Below, piece after piece: positions 29,201-43,025 of a DNA stretch of 64,000 nt (positions within the stretch are counted from its first letter, which is position 1; each line of letters opens with the position of its first letter). The notes under the pieces were generated by a model. It worked only from the letters and a program-made list of their open reading frames with translations, was not told where the DNA came from and did not search any database. Source of the stretch: Camelus ferus (taxonomy: Eukaryota); contig NC_045697.1 in the NCBI RefSeq assembly GCF_009834535.1, positions 94,738,001 through 94,802,000 on the forward strand, read 5' to 3'. The position numbers and the translations under genes are program-made.

Positions 29201-30773
29201 TGGGACACCAAGGAGATGGAAAAACTGAGTGTCTGAGAAAGACAGAGTTGGTTGGGAAGGAATAGAGTACCATTATTCATCCTTTCAGTCCTAGAAGATT
29301 TTCAGCTCAATATCCATCTCAAAGAATAAAATCTTTCCTTCTTCCCCAATGTTTCACGAAAATGGTAAGAATTTGGGTTTTGTCAGACATTGGGTTTTGT
29401 CTATGTTCATCTAACATTGATTATTCTAATAATCACTGAAAAATGCTCCTATGTGGCCAGAAGTTTCCTGGAAAACTTAAGTTGCTGAGCATAATATTGT
29501 GTATTAGAATCATACAGCCAGTAAAAAAGAGAACCATCTTTATCTTGAACCACATCAGGGCTCTTTTTTTAAATAGAGAAGTTAATATTATGTGTAAGCC
29601 CACCATATATGAATACAAAGAAACACAAATACTTCGATATGCCTGTCATTCAAACCAGGATATGAAGATAGAAAACAGGTCTCTTACTGGGGACTTTGGG
29701 GAAAGAAAGAAGATCAAATTGTAACGTAAAGTCCATTCCCCTCTCTTGCTTTCACAAAAGAATTTCTTCAGGGTTTAGGCATTCTTCCTCAGGGTAGATG
29801 TGCCTGGGACAAATTGCCAAGACAATATTCATGCCCAGAGTAGTGTGGCTATGCTTGATCACTCCAAATCTCCAGAACCTAATCTAATACCAGACGGAAT
29901 GGAGTTAGATTTCAGAGTATCTCTGAAAAGCAAAATGCATTACGTCATCAGCTATGGCCACATTATGTGACTACAGTTCAATCAACTCGATAATCCTTTC
30001 TCCTGCATATGATGGGAGAAGCAGGGTCTGTTTCACATCGGTTCCTTTCTCTATGGTTTTCCATCACAAACAGAGGTTTTAATTAATATCAGCTCAAAAG
30101 TTTCTAGTTTATAAGATATCAGAGATGACCTACCAATTAATTTAAACTTTCTTATAATTAGTTCTTTTTGACATTTGCAAGGTTTTTATTTTTGTTGTCC
30201 TACCACGGTAATTGCACTTCACAAATTAATGATGCATGCTGTCTTTTACTCATCTATCAAGGCAAGAAAATCCAAATCAAAACCTGAAGACAAATTTTAC
30301 ATACCTGGCAAATGGCTTCACTAATAGTGTCAGAAACATTACTTGACTTTCCAAACTAAAAAACTCTCCATTGATGAGGCTCTCTCTAGCTACCCCATCT
30401 GTTCTAAACTTTATAGAAAAAATGCACAAAAAACGGTTGTCTGTACCAGTCTTCACTTTCATTCTCTCAGTTCTCTCCTCAAAATGTTTCACTACAACAA
30501 AACTGCTTTTTTCAAGGTCTTTATACTTCCACTATGCAAATTCTGTGATCACCTTACACTTTTACTTTTCCTCAGTTTTTCAGTAGCATTTAATAGACTA
30601 TCTGCAATTCCTATCCCAGTATCTTTGCTGACCTCTTTGTTGACCTCTAATAGAAAATATGTTTAAACTCACTTGTGTATAGTTTAAGAAATATGACCAG
30701 ATAATCAATAAATATATATTAAATGAGATTAAAAGTAAAATTGAAAAAAAAATAAAATCCATGAGTCTGTATT

Positions 30774-31043
30774 TGTATCAGTCAGGATAGGCCAGATTAT
30801 TCTCCATTAATAAACTACCCAAAATAGCCAATGAAAATCATCTGTCTTATATTGTCTTTATTCTCCTGTCAAGTTGATAACAACATTGCCAATTACTTCA
30901 ACAGAGAGAAAATATAGCCCATTGTTCATACTTCTTTAGCCAAACTAAGTAATGTAGCCCTATATGAGTTCCAGGGTGTGAAAATACATTCCTCCATCAG
31001 GGAGAACTAGTAACTTTGGTGAACAGTAGTGAAATCTCCCACA
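30774..31043 (-). mobile_element. Old MaLR LTR fragment, antisense
   Basis: tgtatcagtcaggataggccagattattct..aataaactaccc start and ..gaacagtagtgaaatctcccaca end. Confidence 0.5.
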
Positions 31044-31089
31044 ATATATAAATGAACAAATGAAAACCAGTGTAACTCACTTGCAACCA

Positions 31090-32090
31090 GTAGAGATTAT
31101 TACAATAAAATTTTTCTGAAACTTAGAAATTAAAGAAAAAAATATCAAGAACATTTCTGCCTTTTAGGATAAACTTTACATTATCTTCATTGATGGGGAA
31201 AAACTCCTTTACAGAAAAATGCCTGCTAATAAATAGAGAAGAATACATGCCTTTGACAGATTCAGGGAAAGATCAGCAATAAACACTAATGTGATCAGGT
31301 GAAGTTTTGGGGAAACATTGGCTCACTACCAAAGTAAGACCACACACATTGCTTACTAAAGTTCAGGTAGAACATGGGACCTTTATGTTAGGGAGGTCTG
31401 GAGGTTAGTGTGATTAATCATAACACGGTAGTGGGGCAACCAACAGGGTTCTCCTGTCGTGCTGCAAAATGAAGGGAGAGCATTGCCTGTGAAATATTCA
31501 GACACAGCATGTTTAACCTTATCCAATCAAGCTTTGAGGTTTAACATTGTTTACAGGAATAAACATTTAGAGGAACACAAAATGACACCACAAAGAAACA
31601 CTTAAATAAATCCAGTATTAAGTATTTTTATAAGAAAATTGGCCTGGTATTTTCAAAGAGTTAATGTTACTTAAAAAACAAACAAAAAAAGGTAAGAGGA
31701 CTTTTCTACATTAACAAAGGAGTCATATGTCTGAATACATTACGTGCATCTTGATCTGATCCTCATTAGAATTAAACAGCTATAAAACATTATTTTGGAA
31801 ACAACTGAGATTTTGAATATAGGTTTGATATTGATGATATTATGAAATGTTTGTTCATTTTCTTTTGTAGTTTATTATGATCAGATAAGTAATTGTCCTG
31901 ATTATTAAAAGAAGCACATATTGAAGTATTTATGGGTGAAGTTACATGTTTGTAACAAGCTTTCAAATGATTCAAAATAAAAAATAAGGCAAAGTGATTC
32001 TTGAATTTAAGTGGTAGGTGTTTGGATGTTCATTGTACTATTTTATTACCACCTTTATATTTGTTTAAAATTTTTCCCCATAAAAAGTAA
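31090..32090 (+). mobile_element. L1MC-type 3' UTR fragment
   Basis: aactcctttacagaaaaatgcctgctaataaat; cttgatctgatcct..aaacagctataaaacattattttggaaacaactgagattttgaatat; tggatgttcattgtactatt..aaattttcccataaaaag. Confidence 0.7.
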
Positions 32091-33384
32091 AGAACAGACT
32101 ACAACGAGATTTCATTTCTCCTCGTAATATTTGCAGAGCTTTGAAATCTGATCTTGTGCAGTAGTGGTAAGAGTATGGCAACCAAGCAGTTCAATGGGGG
32201 ACCAATCCTGCACCCATTATATACATTAATGGTTGGACTATAAATTTTATTTAAAGTAACACCAAAATTTAGCAAAAGACTATATTATAAGAATGTTCAT
32301 TTCTGCTTAACTTATAATATCAAATAATTGGAAATAACTGAAAGGATGTTTGAATGCATCATGATACACCCATATAATAGATAAGGAAAAATACACATTT
32401 TGTTATTAAGTGAAAAAAAGTGCATTGCTGACCATATCTTCATTGTGATACTAAGCAGGGGGAGAGCTAGTATGTACTGGAGTTCTTAGAAAGAAAATGA
32501 GATTTTTTTAAAATTTAACTTTATACCTTTCTATATTCTCAGAAAAAGTTAGACATGAACAAGTAACTATTATCAAGTACCATTTTCAATAATAAAAATG
32601 ATCGAGACACACATGTCTACCCAAGTATTGAAACTAGAAATGACCTTAGAATTACCTTCAATGTATTATTTTTTAATTTAAAACAAAATGATAATGGCAA
32701 TAAAAGCTGAACCCATGTTTATATGCCTAACATCAGAGCTGAGGCAGTTTTTTTCAGAATTAGGACAGGAATCCAGACCCCACGATGCCAAGCTTTTCTT
32801 GTCGCATGTGACGTCCCATCTGTATGTTATCTAACTTCATGGGTAACTACAAAATAAATTCGAAGATAGAATGTTTTGTCAACATTACTTAAAAAATTGG
32901 ACATTCTGATTTGGAATATGCCTACTAAAAATAAATAATTTTTGTTGTAGCATGATATTTTAGTGCCTCTACTAAGTATCCAAGTGAAATCTTATTTTTT
33001 ATGTTGAATGACATTTTTAAAATTCTTAGATCCTACTTTAAATAAGTAAAAGTTAAATGTGTTTTTAAAGTATTTTCCCCAAATGCTTTGAATGTGACAT
33101 ATTTATAGCATTGAAAGGGTTTTAAAAATATAATTTTCTACATTCCAATAAGCACAATATACTTAGTTGATTAAAACATCATGCTGTTGTGTGTGAGGGT
33201 AGGGGTGGGGAATCGTTATCGCCTCAGTCTTTCATTATTTTAGACATCAAAGGACCTAAAGTACATTCCTCAGGAGGGTCTATATCAGCCAGGATATTCT
33301 CCATTCCTCCTCCCCATACTCCCTTAATCCTTCTCATGGAAGGAAATATTCTTTTTTTTTTTTTTTCAGCAGCTTGTTTCCACT

Positions 33385-33616
33385 ATTTTATTTTATTTTA
33401 TTTTATTTTATCTTATCTTACTTTATTTTATTTATTTATTTTTTTATTGAAGTAAAGTCATTTACAATGTGTCAATTTCTGGTGTACAGCATAATGTCTC
33501 AGTCATGTGTATATATATATATATACACATATTCATTTTCATATTCTTTTTCATTAAAAGTTGTTACAAGACATGGAGTACAGTTCCCTGTGCTATACAG
33601 AAGAAATTTGTTTTTT
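33385..33616 (-). mobile_element. Lineage-specific L1 3' end with (TTTTA)n tail, antisense; same family as 24131-24349
   Basis: ttttattgaagtaaagtcatttacaatgtgtcaatttctggtgtacagc..gttccctgtgctatacagaagaaatttgtttttt is the reverse complement of the 24.2 kb element. Confidence 0.9.
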
Positions 33617-33694
33617 GATCTGACTATGAAATCGGTGAAAAACTGTCCTCCACTGACAAATACGCCATGCTGTATGTATACCTATGGAGAGTAA

Positions 33695-34092
33695 TTTTTT
33701 TAATTGAAGTGTAATTAATATACAATAATGTATTAGTTTCAGGTGTACAACATAGTATTCGGTATTTTTATGGGTTATACTCCATTTAAAGTTATTGCCT
33801 AAAATGGTTATATTTCCCTGTGTTGTACAAAATATCCTTGCTTATTTATTTCATATATAGTAGTTTGTGTCTCTTAATTCCATACTCCTATCTTGGCCCT
33901 CCCTCCTTTCCTCTTCCCACTGGCAACCACTAGTTTGTTTTCTATATCTGTGAGTCTGTTTGTTTTCTTATATACATTCGTTTTATTTTTTTAGATTCCA
34001 CACATAAATGATAAAGAATATTTGTCCTTCTCTGTCTGATGTATTTCACTAAGCATAATACTCTCTAGGTCCATTCATGTTATTGCAAATGG
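33695..34092 (-). mobile_element. Cetartiodactyl-type L1 3' fragment, antisense
   Basis: ttaattgaagtgtaatt..tagtttcaggtgtacaacatagt..cactggcaaccactagtttgttttctatatctgtgagtctg..ttagattccacacataa. Confidence 0.88.
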
Positions 34093-37000
34093 ATTTGTAA
34101 TTTATATAAATAGCAGAAAGAGCCTGGACTGTTTCTTACCCTCCAGGGCTACCAGAAATCCTCTGCATCTGACTCTGTGAAGTTGGCTAGGATTCTGACA
34201 GGCCCAGCCAGGTCTCTTTCCCTCTCTGGTGTTCTCTGCTCTGCTACATTTATTAGCTGCTACAATCCTCTATGCAGCCTTTCGGGTAAATGTCTGCTAC
34301 TCAGACCCAAGTTTTGTAACAAGAGAATTCTATAATTTAGACTCATTGGATTTGGTGGGTGGGTGTTTGAGGGGGTAAATAGAAGAAAGATTCATTTTTA
34401 TGTGGAATCCAAACTGTATTCTCCAAGGTTCATATACAGGCAACTCTTATACTTTTAGTGCTATTGTGCTTTTATATGGTGTGTTAATAACTATGTTTTG
34501 TTGAAGAGTCCACCTGGTATTCATTTTTATTTTGTGAGAAAGCTAAGAGGAGAAGGGGGATCAATTTTGCACCCATTTAAAATAGTCATATAATACTGAC
34601 TTTACATATCTGAATCTTAACCCTTCATTAACTTTGCTCCATCCTGAATATTAAGAAAGCAAGTTTTAAAACTTAATATTCATTAATTGAATGAGAAATA
34701 TAACATTGAGAGAGTAATTTTTTACTATTAAAAGTTAAAAAATGTGTTCTGAAGATGCCATTTTGATTTGTTGGATTGAGGGAGGGGATAAAAAGCAATA
34801 TGTTCTGAGTGATAGTCAAGTATGATTATTTTCAAAATTGTACCCACTTGTTCCTTGGATTTTTTTTTTTTTGTATCCAAAGAGAAAAAAGGCAAACAAG
34901 AAAATAGGATATCCTTACAATTTTCACTTCAAATATTTACATACATACTAACATTTATTCTCTGCTAGCTTAAAATGTAGAAATGCTTCTAAAACACCAA
35001 ATCATGATTGGTTCCGTTCCTTTTATGCTAAGGTAACTGTCAGAGTATAAGAATTGAAGCTGGCAATCAAGTTGTATAGTAGTGGGACAGCTGTTTCAGG
35101 TAACATGCTTTCCAGATTAACTGGAGTCTGGAGATGATATCCTCAGAATATACTAAAAAGAAGGAAAAGCTCAAAGAATCGTAAAGTTCAATCAAGTGAT
35201 TGGCCTATCACTAGCAAACCATAAGGGACCATATATCATGAATTCCTACGTGCTAACTTTATTAGTTTTATTGACTTTTAAAAAAAAATTTTCCTTCATT
35301 TAGACTCCTTTGTATTTTAATGTTATCTTTTCAAAATGTTTTATGTGATTTTGTAAACCACATCACATCTTTTGTGAAATGAAGTATGTTTCCAGTTTTA
35401 AAAAGCTGAACTTTCATTTGAGCTTTTTATTCTTTATGCAACAAAACTAGTACTTTATAATTCAATCAAATTTACTCTGCAAAACTGCTTATGTACTTAT
35501 TGTTAAAACATTTTTCTCTAGAATTGATCATTTTATAGGTGCCTATAGTTGATATACTCAGCAGCATGGATGGATTTTGGGGGAGGTGTAGAAAATACTT
35601 ATTTTAGTATGCAAATAGTATCAATCTATTACTCAACAAGTAGTATAATTATTTTCAATTTTTAAAGTGGTTTTAGTGATTTTTTCACTTAAGATTTTAT
35701 TTAGCAGTATTTTCCCAGAAAGAGGAACAGAATAAAATACATTAATTTGAATATCACAAAACCAGGTAAAATAACTTACCCTCATTACATAAAAATCCTG
35801 ATCGTAATACAGTTGATAGAGAATTACAGCAGATAAAGAAGCTAGAAATTTTTGTTTTGTAAGAAGTTTGTTATAAATTTCCTTTGTTACTAGAAGATTC
35901 TAAACCAGAGTTTCAGAAACATAACTCTGTGGACTTATTTTTCCACTTATCTTCCATAGAAATACCTCAATAACATGTGAATCTGAGAGATGCCCCAGAA
36001 TGAAGATCAACGTTTAAGCCACTCTTTCTACAAATTTAATACCAATTCAATTCGATATTTAACTGAAGTATTTGTCTCCATGCAACCTTCCATTTTTGAG
36101 TAATTAGTTTAAAGTCTTTGAACTAAGTTGAATGACTTACTTGGAGCCAAACTACTCTAAAAAAGTTAGTTTCCAAGGAAATAGTGTTACTGTGTTACTA
36201 ATGTTTGAAAAAAAAAAACAAACCCAAAACTTTCAGAGTATGAAAAAAAATCATCACTAAATATGTCTTTTGAATAATTTTACAGATGTGCAGTAATAAT
36301 TCTCTGTAGAACAGTCTCTGTGGTGCTGAGGCTCAGACTTCTGAGGACATGGTGTCATCCAAGTGTTGGCTAAGTGGTAATTCTTATAAATGTAAATATG
36401 ATACTTCAGTTTTTCCTTTTATTTTATCAGTGGACTATTGACTGTCTCCTTCTTACACTTTTTAAATTGGGCACATTTTATTATTCTTGTTTCTTTGTAT
36501 GGTTATCTTTATTCTTTATTAGTTTAAATGTAATTCTTTGAACCCCATTCAAAACTGAGAGGACATGATGATCCTGGGAGTGAAAAACTGACTTCAGGAC
36601 TGAATACTGATTGCTACTGCAGGGACCACACTGAGAAGCAGTGGGAGGAAGAAAGGCTCTTCTTCCTTTGTTTTGCTTCCATTTTCTGAAAGGCTTATAC
36701 TGGTGAAATCTACCAGAAAGTCAGTGCTCCACTGTTACCCAGGAAAATGGAGACCGTGCATAATAACCGCCATAGGCCACCCCCTGCTATCCAGTGTCCA
36801 CACACACCCTCGTGAGCATATTCATACCTCCATCTGACAACGACTTCATGCTTCAAACAAGGTGCAATGTCCCACTGACAAGTGAAAACACCCATCACCC
36901 TCAAAAGATAAGGTCTCCATCTCTGTGTGACGTTAATTCAGTCATAATCCCAACAGATCTCTACCAGGCTCTTGGAAAAGGCCACCAGTTCTCACGTTAA

Positions 37001-37649
37001 ACCCATAAAGTTTAACAGCTTAGTCAACCTCTGGACACACAGAACCATGCCTAATGACTATTTATCCACCTGTCTGTCTACTCACCCTGCTTTCTATTAC
37101 TCTCCTCCTCCATTGCTCTGTGACTCTTTGACTTTCTCACTCTCTGGCTCTCTTTTTCATTAGAAAATCTAAGTACTTTATGAATTGATGGATATAAGTT
37201 AAGGGAAGAAACACTCCATGTCTATATTAGTGAAGGAAAAATAAGGTGACAAAAGTCTGTAGATTTCATTAGAAACATCAGACCCAATGTCAGGGATTCA
37301 GCAACAAATTCCTTGGCATTTTAGATATTTTGTAGGTATTTGACTGCTATAATTTTGGCAGGGCTTACGAAACATGTTCAATAAATACATTTCTAACTAC
37401 ATTATCATTCTCTTTTATGATTATGAGGCAAGGTATAATTGAAGAAGGTAATGGAATTATAAAGGCAAAATAAGAGATATTAAATAATATCACAGTCTAA
37501 GTTTCTGCTTTTTTTACAGTTAAATCATTGAGTTTTTGAGAAAACTGAATAACATAATGTATATAAAATGAAAGATCCTCCTTCAAACCAGCAGACTCAT
37601 TACATATAACTTCTATATTCCTAAAAAGTCACATTGAAGTCACAGAAAA

Positions 37650-38890
37650 TATATAAAGAAGAAAAAAGTAAAAAAATGAATAAAACTACAAAACAGAAAA
37701 ATAAGAAAATGCAAAAAACTTTGGAGAAATTCCCAGAAGAAAGCAGATGGTAGTTGATCCAATTACATTAATTAGTTTTTATAATGGATAATGTTTATAT
37801 GATCATACTACTATAACTGCTATTTATCAATGTTTAACTTTTAGAAGTAACATATAGAAAAATCCTGAAAAACTTAGTAATAACTAGAGAAAATAATCTA
37901 AATATTGTGACCTAAACTTAAAAAGTAAAAACAAAATAATACAATTGACACACAGAGAGAAAGGACAATTAACTATCCAAGTGTTCTCTTCTTATCTTTG
38001 AGGGTCAATATGCTCTAACATTTATATAAATAAAGACATGAATGTATAAGAATTGTACTTAAAATAATAAAAATAACTATTTAAAAAACAAAAATTACAA
38101 AGTGTGCCAAAACATAAAAGTAAGAGGAAGAGGCAGTCAATAATACAAATAAGGGAAAAATTTGAAGTATCATATTTGCACTTGTAAGAATTACCACTTA
38201 ATTAAAAGGAAGTATTTAATTTGAAACAATTTGTCACCTATTTTTGCTTCTCAACTTTGACATGTTTGACAGATATAGTAAATTACTAAGCAGAATGCCT
38301 TTCAATTGAAATTTGTTTGATGTATTCTCATGTTTAGATTCAGATTGCACTTCTGGCAGTATTTCCAAGAAATTGTATTACATCATCATTTCAGGAAGCA
38401 CAAAATGTCAGATCTGTGCACAAATTGTTGTAATATTAATGATGTTAATTTTAATCACTTATCTAGTATGATACATGTCAGGTGTCTCCACTGTCTAATT
38501 ATTCTTTCCCCACTATAATTAATTAGTAATGTGTTGGCGGGTGGGGGGATACTTTGAGTATATGTACCACAGATTAGATAATAACAATGTATCAACTTTA
38601 AATTTGGGGGCTTTCATAGTTGTATCTTATATATAAGAATATGCTTATTATTAGAAAATACATATGAAGTAATGAGAAGTAAAGGTGCACACTATCCCCA
38701 ACTCAATCCCAAATAGTTCAGAAAAAATAATATGTGTATATACATTTGTGTATGTGTATAAATTCATAGAGACAAAGACAAAATTAATATTGAAAGGGTG
38801 AGAATTAGTGAGTCTGGGTGAAGGTAACTGGGAGCTCCTTATACCATTCTTGCATTTTCCTTGTAAGTTTGAAAATAAACAAAATAAAAG
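37650..38890. mobile_element. Mosaic of old L1 3' fragments in both orientations
   Basis: Sense A-rich L1M-like sequence at 37650-38130; antisense piece 38260-38560 (attaatgatgttaattttaatcactt); sense 3' end 38560-38890 (agtgagtctgggtgaaggtaactgggagctccttataccattcttgca..gtaagtttgaaaata). Confidence 0.6.
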
Positions 38891-40489
38891 GAAATTGTTT
38901 AGTCTAAGGAAAATTAGCTCTATATTTTCTCTTAATATATGCATTAATTCTTTTCCATGGGCAAAACAATTTAATAATAATAAATTAAGCATTTAGCTCA
39001 GCACTTAGCACATGGTGAGGACTTGAGTCATCTATGAATAGTATGGTAGTGATTAAAAGGAGAACAAGAGGAAACATTTGCTATTTACATTTGCTAAATG
39101 GAAACTTTACACAGGGGTTTGCACAGTAGTGGTTGCCCTGGATAGAACTGTCACCCTCAGTCTGTCTGATCTACTGCAAACTTTTTAGCTGATATCATGC
39201 CACAGGTCACATGGCAGAAACATAAATACACTATCATTGTGTATGACAATGACTTATGGAGTATCTGAAAGAGAGTGCCAGGAAAGGTCCAAATCACTTC
39301 ACAAAGTGATGATATTTCAAAATCAATTCCTTCTGGTAGATTTACTTCCAGTAGATTTCCTTCCGGCAATTGAAGATAATATGTCAAAGGACATTCACAT
39401 TTGTTTCCTTTTTTGAGGTTTGTGCTTAATGGATGAAGTTTGGAAAACACAGGACTTTTCAAATGTATAGATGTTCATTTTCTTATTCCAAGCAAAAGTC
39501 ACTGAACATTCATATTTAATAAAGATAAACATAGAGGGGACTAGGTTAAAAGGAGGTGTGCCAATTTTAGAGCCTGTTATCTGTTTTAGACTAGACTGAG
39601 CAAGGTAACATGGGTGGTACAGAAGTAAGACACAAGTGAAACTTGGTATTAACTTGAGATTAGTTATCTTTGCTTTATCAAATGCAAAAGGAAAAGAAAC
39701 AAAAAGAGAGGAAAGTATGTCTAAAATGAACAGAAATTGTAAAGTTAAACAAATTCCCCTGTTTTTATGAAAATCCATTTGTTTTCAGATTGAATTTAGT
39801 TTCCTATGGAATTCTTCATAATAGGCATAATGTAAGTAAATAAATTTTTATTGCATTCTTCAGAAACATTTAAGAATTATACACTACCTAAATATTTTCT
39901 CCCTTAATATGTGACTTGAGAAATTTTTCTCTGGTCTATGGTAATAATGTCAGTGTTCAAAGCACTTTAGAAATCACTCTAGGAATGTTTTCCAGGCTTC
40001 AACATTTGACTGTCTGTTATGTTTGAGTGATGTTTAAATTTTGTAAATAATACCAATGTACTGAATGCTAAGTTTAGAGTCTATGGTATGAGTGATAGTG
40101 AATAAAACAGAGAATAAAAGCAAATAATATAATTTGAGATGATGAAACATTATGAAAATATGTGTCAAGACTGAATTTCTTGTTTATCTTATCAGTTGAG
40201 ACTGAAAAACAAAAAAGGAGGTCCTAATTTATTTTTAAAAAAAGTTTTTGGAACAAATGTATTTTATTGCAAGTTTCTGCATTGAATTAAGGGTGCTCAA
40301 TAGAATATGTGGTATAACTTAGTAAATATGTGAACAAAACACTTTTTGACATCCTATGGTCATCCGATTAACTCATTTATACACTCAACAGTCATATATC
40401 ATACCTACACACAGCAGACCCTGTACCAGTGGTGATTAACTTTTATCTATTGCTTTTTACTTTATGTCAAACACTGTTTTAGGTGCCTG

Positions 40490-40960
40490 TTCCTTTACAC
40501 ATATGGAAACTAAGGTTTAGTTAAGTGACTTGTCCAAGGTCACACAACTAGAAGTAATATAAAACAGGTTGCAGTTTGATTCCAGAGCTGAATTCACTTG
40601 AACACTACTCTATATTTCCCAGGATTTGATATATTCCCTCAAACTCACTGTACTGTGACTAAGAATAAAATTATGAGACAATTTGGAAAATAAGCAAAAT
40701 CTGTACTAGTATGCAAATACGAATTTTTTTCCCAGAAGCACAAAGGAAGAAGTAAATTAGGAACAGAATACTGTAGAAGTGTAGTACTCACAGAGCCATA
40801 TCTGAATTCAACCCTCCATCTACCACTAACTTGGTAAGAAATTTTGAGCAATTGCTTAGCATTTCTAACCCTCAGTTTTGTTATATCTAACGTGAGAATA
40901 TTAATAATAATATCTACCACTTGGAACTGTTTTGGAGATTAAATAAAATAATGTACAAGG
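40490..40960. mobile_element. Two MIR fragments in opposite orientations
   Basis: ggaaactaaggtttagttaagtgacttgtccaaggtcacacaactag (minus, ~40495-40610); ctcagttttgttatatctaacgtgagaatattaataat..ggagattaaataaaataatgtac (plus, ~40790-40960). Confidence 0.75.
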
Positions 40961-41142
40961 CCAAAGCAGTAGGAGGTACTAGTGGCTACTGGATTATTTT
41001 AAACAATCCAAGACTTCACACACCTTCTCCAATTAAAAGGGGACAGAAGGAAGCAGATGGAGAAGGAAGTGACAGCTCTGTTAGTAGTAAAGCTGCTGCT
41101 GGAGATTGTGGCTTCTCTTGTGAGCCAATTGCTCCCTAATAC

Positions 41143-41509
41143 TGATTTCCAGAATGAAACAGTCTTAACATCCATATTTGAGTTAAAACACTCAGACTGC
41201 CATATATTTCCCCAACAAAGATGACTTCATTTGGGATGAGCAGAGAATTGCAATTTGAGGCTTGCAACCATGGTGAGCCACATTCAAGTCCCTATACGGC
41301 AAGGGAAGGAGAACACTTTATAGAGGGGAAAAGGAAGTTGGGAGGGATGGTAAACAAAAAGCCCATGGCTTTTCATTGACTAAGTCCTTGCCAGGAAAGA
41401 AGAGGATTCATTCTTCCTCTTCCTGTTGGGCTCTGCTATCCTTGCAGGGCATGAGTGCTCCCCCTTCTGGTCTCTCTACTCTATTGAATTGAGGCTTCTG
41501 TTTTTTACA
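41143..41509 (-). mobile_element. LTR-like interspersed repeat, probably antisense
   Basis: TG...CA-bounded, GC-elevated block (cagcagagaattgcaat-like core, aagggaaggagaacactttatagaggggaaaagg, ttgcagggcatgag) resembling laurasiatherian ERV1 LTRs. No clear TSD. Confidence 0.5.
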
Positions 41510-41584
41510 TATATCATAGGTAGGGCTGCATATCTGCAGTTCTTCCTACTTGGGGATTTTTCTTACAAAAGTTACAGCAGGATG

Positions 41585-42157
41585 TGAAGCCATAGAGAAG
41601 TGCCTGTATCACTGTCCTTTGAAGTAAGTCTCCCAGGCCTTCCCTGAGTCTCAAAAGGCAGGCTCAAGAGTTAACAGTTAGGAAATGTGAAGATGTAGAA
41701 ACAAAAAATAACTGTTGGGAAGAGAAACCGATAAAAATTTAGACCATAAATCAGCCATATTCCAGAATCTCTGAATTCCCAATTCCTTGAAAGATATAAA
41801 TGTCTGACAGACATTCCTGAATTGTTTTACAGGAAGCCGACCCCACCAGATGGAAACTACTGATCACAGGTACATAGACTTCAGACGCATTGAAACCAGA
41901 ATATTGATGATGTTTGAAACTCCAACTTGATACCAACCAATCAAAAATTGAGAACAAGCTGATCATGCATCCTATATCCTCCTTCCTCACGCTGCCTTTA
42001 AAACTGTTCCATGAAAACCATTGGGGAATTCGGGTCTTTTGAGCACAAGGTTGGCACCCGGCAATAAATGCTGTACCTTCCTTCACCATAACCCGGTATC
42101 AGTAGATTAGCTATGCTGTGTGTTGAGTGAGCAGTCCCAAATCCAGGTTTGATGACA
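41585..42157 (+). mobile_element. ERV1-type solo LTR related to 24043-24879
   Basis: tgaagc...gatgaca termini; flanks gatg/gaag (3 of 4 match); shares gagttaa..ttaggaaat.tgaagatgtagaaacaaa and ttgttttacaggaagc.gac.ccaccag blocks; gcaataaatgctgtacc polyA signal. Confidence 0.85.
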
Positions 42158-42399
42158 GAAGGAACAGAGCAGAATGCTTGCTTCCTATAGACAGGTAGCT
42201 CACAAAAAAAAGAAGAAAGGTGTCTAAGTATGTCCACTTTATTCCTACTAAATTCACTCCTCAGTTAAGTTACTCTCCTCTTTTTAGTAGAAGTTAATCA
42301 GTGAATGGAGAAAGGCTAGTAATGTAAATCTCAGGACAGTCACTCAACATGGAAATTAGAAGCAACATAAGTAGAAATTCTCAAGGTATAATTATTCCC

Positions 42400-43020
42400 A
42401 TTATTAATGTCTGAAAAAATCAGGGAAAAAAATCACAGAAAATAAATGGAGTTTAGGCAAGTGCTGAAATAGGATTAGATCAATGGCTGTGAAAAGAGAA
42501 AAAAACACTGCAGTTTTTTGAACAATCTGAACTGAGGCATGTGGTAGGGAGAACACCTGCCTGTTTCAGAACAGTCAGAAACTTAGAGTGGCTAGTGGGA
42601 AGAAGGGGTCATGAAGAAAAGAAAAAAGAGAATGTAGAAGAAGAGAGAAAGCAGATTTTGAAGGAAATTTAATGCCATTTCAATGACTTTGGACATTATC
42701 ATGTATAAATAGGGAATGAGTCAAATAGTTAATTAGGAGAGAAAAAAATGATTCAGTTGTTCTGTGTTTTTTTAAGGAGATCATGCTAAGAAAACTGTAA
42801 GATGGAAAGACAGGTATCCCAGGCTATTTTAATACTCCATATGAAGGATGATAGTGAGTCTGGGGATAAATAGGAGTCTGGGAAATTTCAAGGGCAAAGT
42901 AATGTAGGATTTGGAATTTGATTGGAAAGAAAGAGAGAGGAGAGTTCAATAATTGTCCCCAGGTTTATGACTCCAAATATGAAAAATATAAAAAAAGTAA
43001 AATCAGGTGTAGGAATGAAG
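42400..43020 (-). mobile_element. L2 fragment, antisense
   Basis: Purine-rich decayed L2 pattern: gccatttcaatgactttggacattat, aaggagatcatgct, ggatttggaatttgattgg, ccaggtttatgactc. Confidence 0.6.
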
Positions 43021-43025
43021 ATAGT

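Noticed and set aside
29373..29402. Direct repeat ttgggttttgtc x2
   Set aside because: Only two units; consistent with a local micro-duplication and not an array.
36540..37160. GC-elevated segment with overlapping short ORFs
   Set aside because: Could not be assigned; no convincing exon signals or TSD. Probably an old LTR fragment and needs a RepeatMasker run.
24043..42157. The two related LTRs as the 5' and 3' ends of one provirus
   Set aside because: Each has its own TSD-like flanks, they are clearly diverged, they lie ~17 kb apart, and no PBS or gag/pol/env remnant is visible between them.
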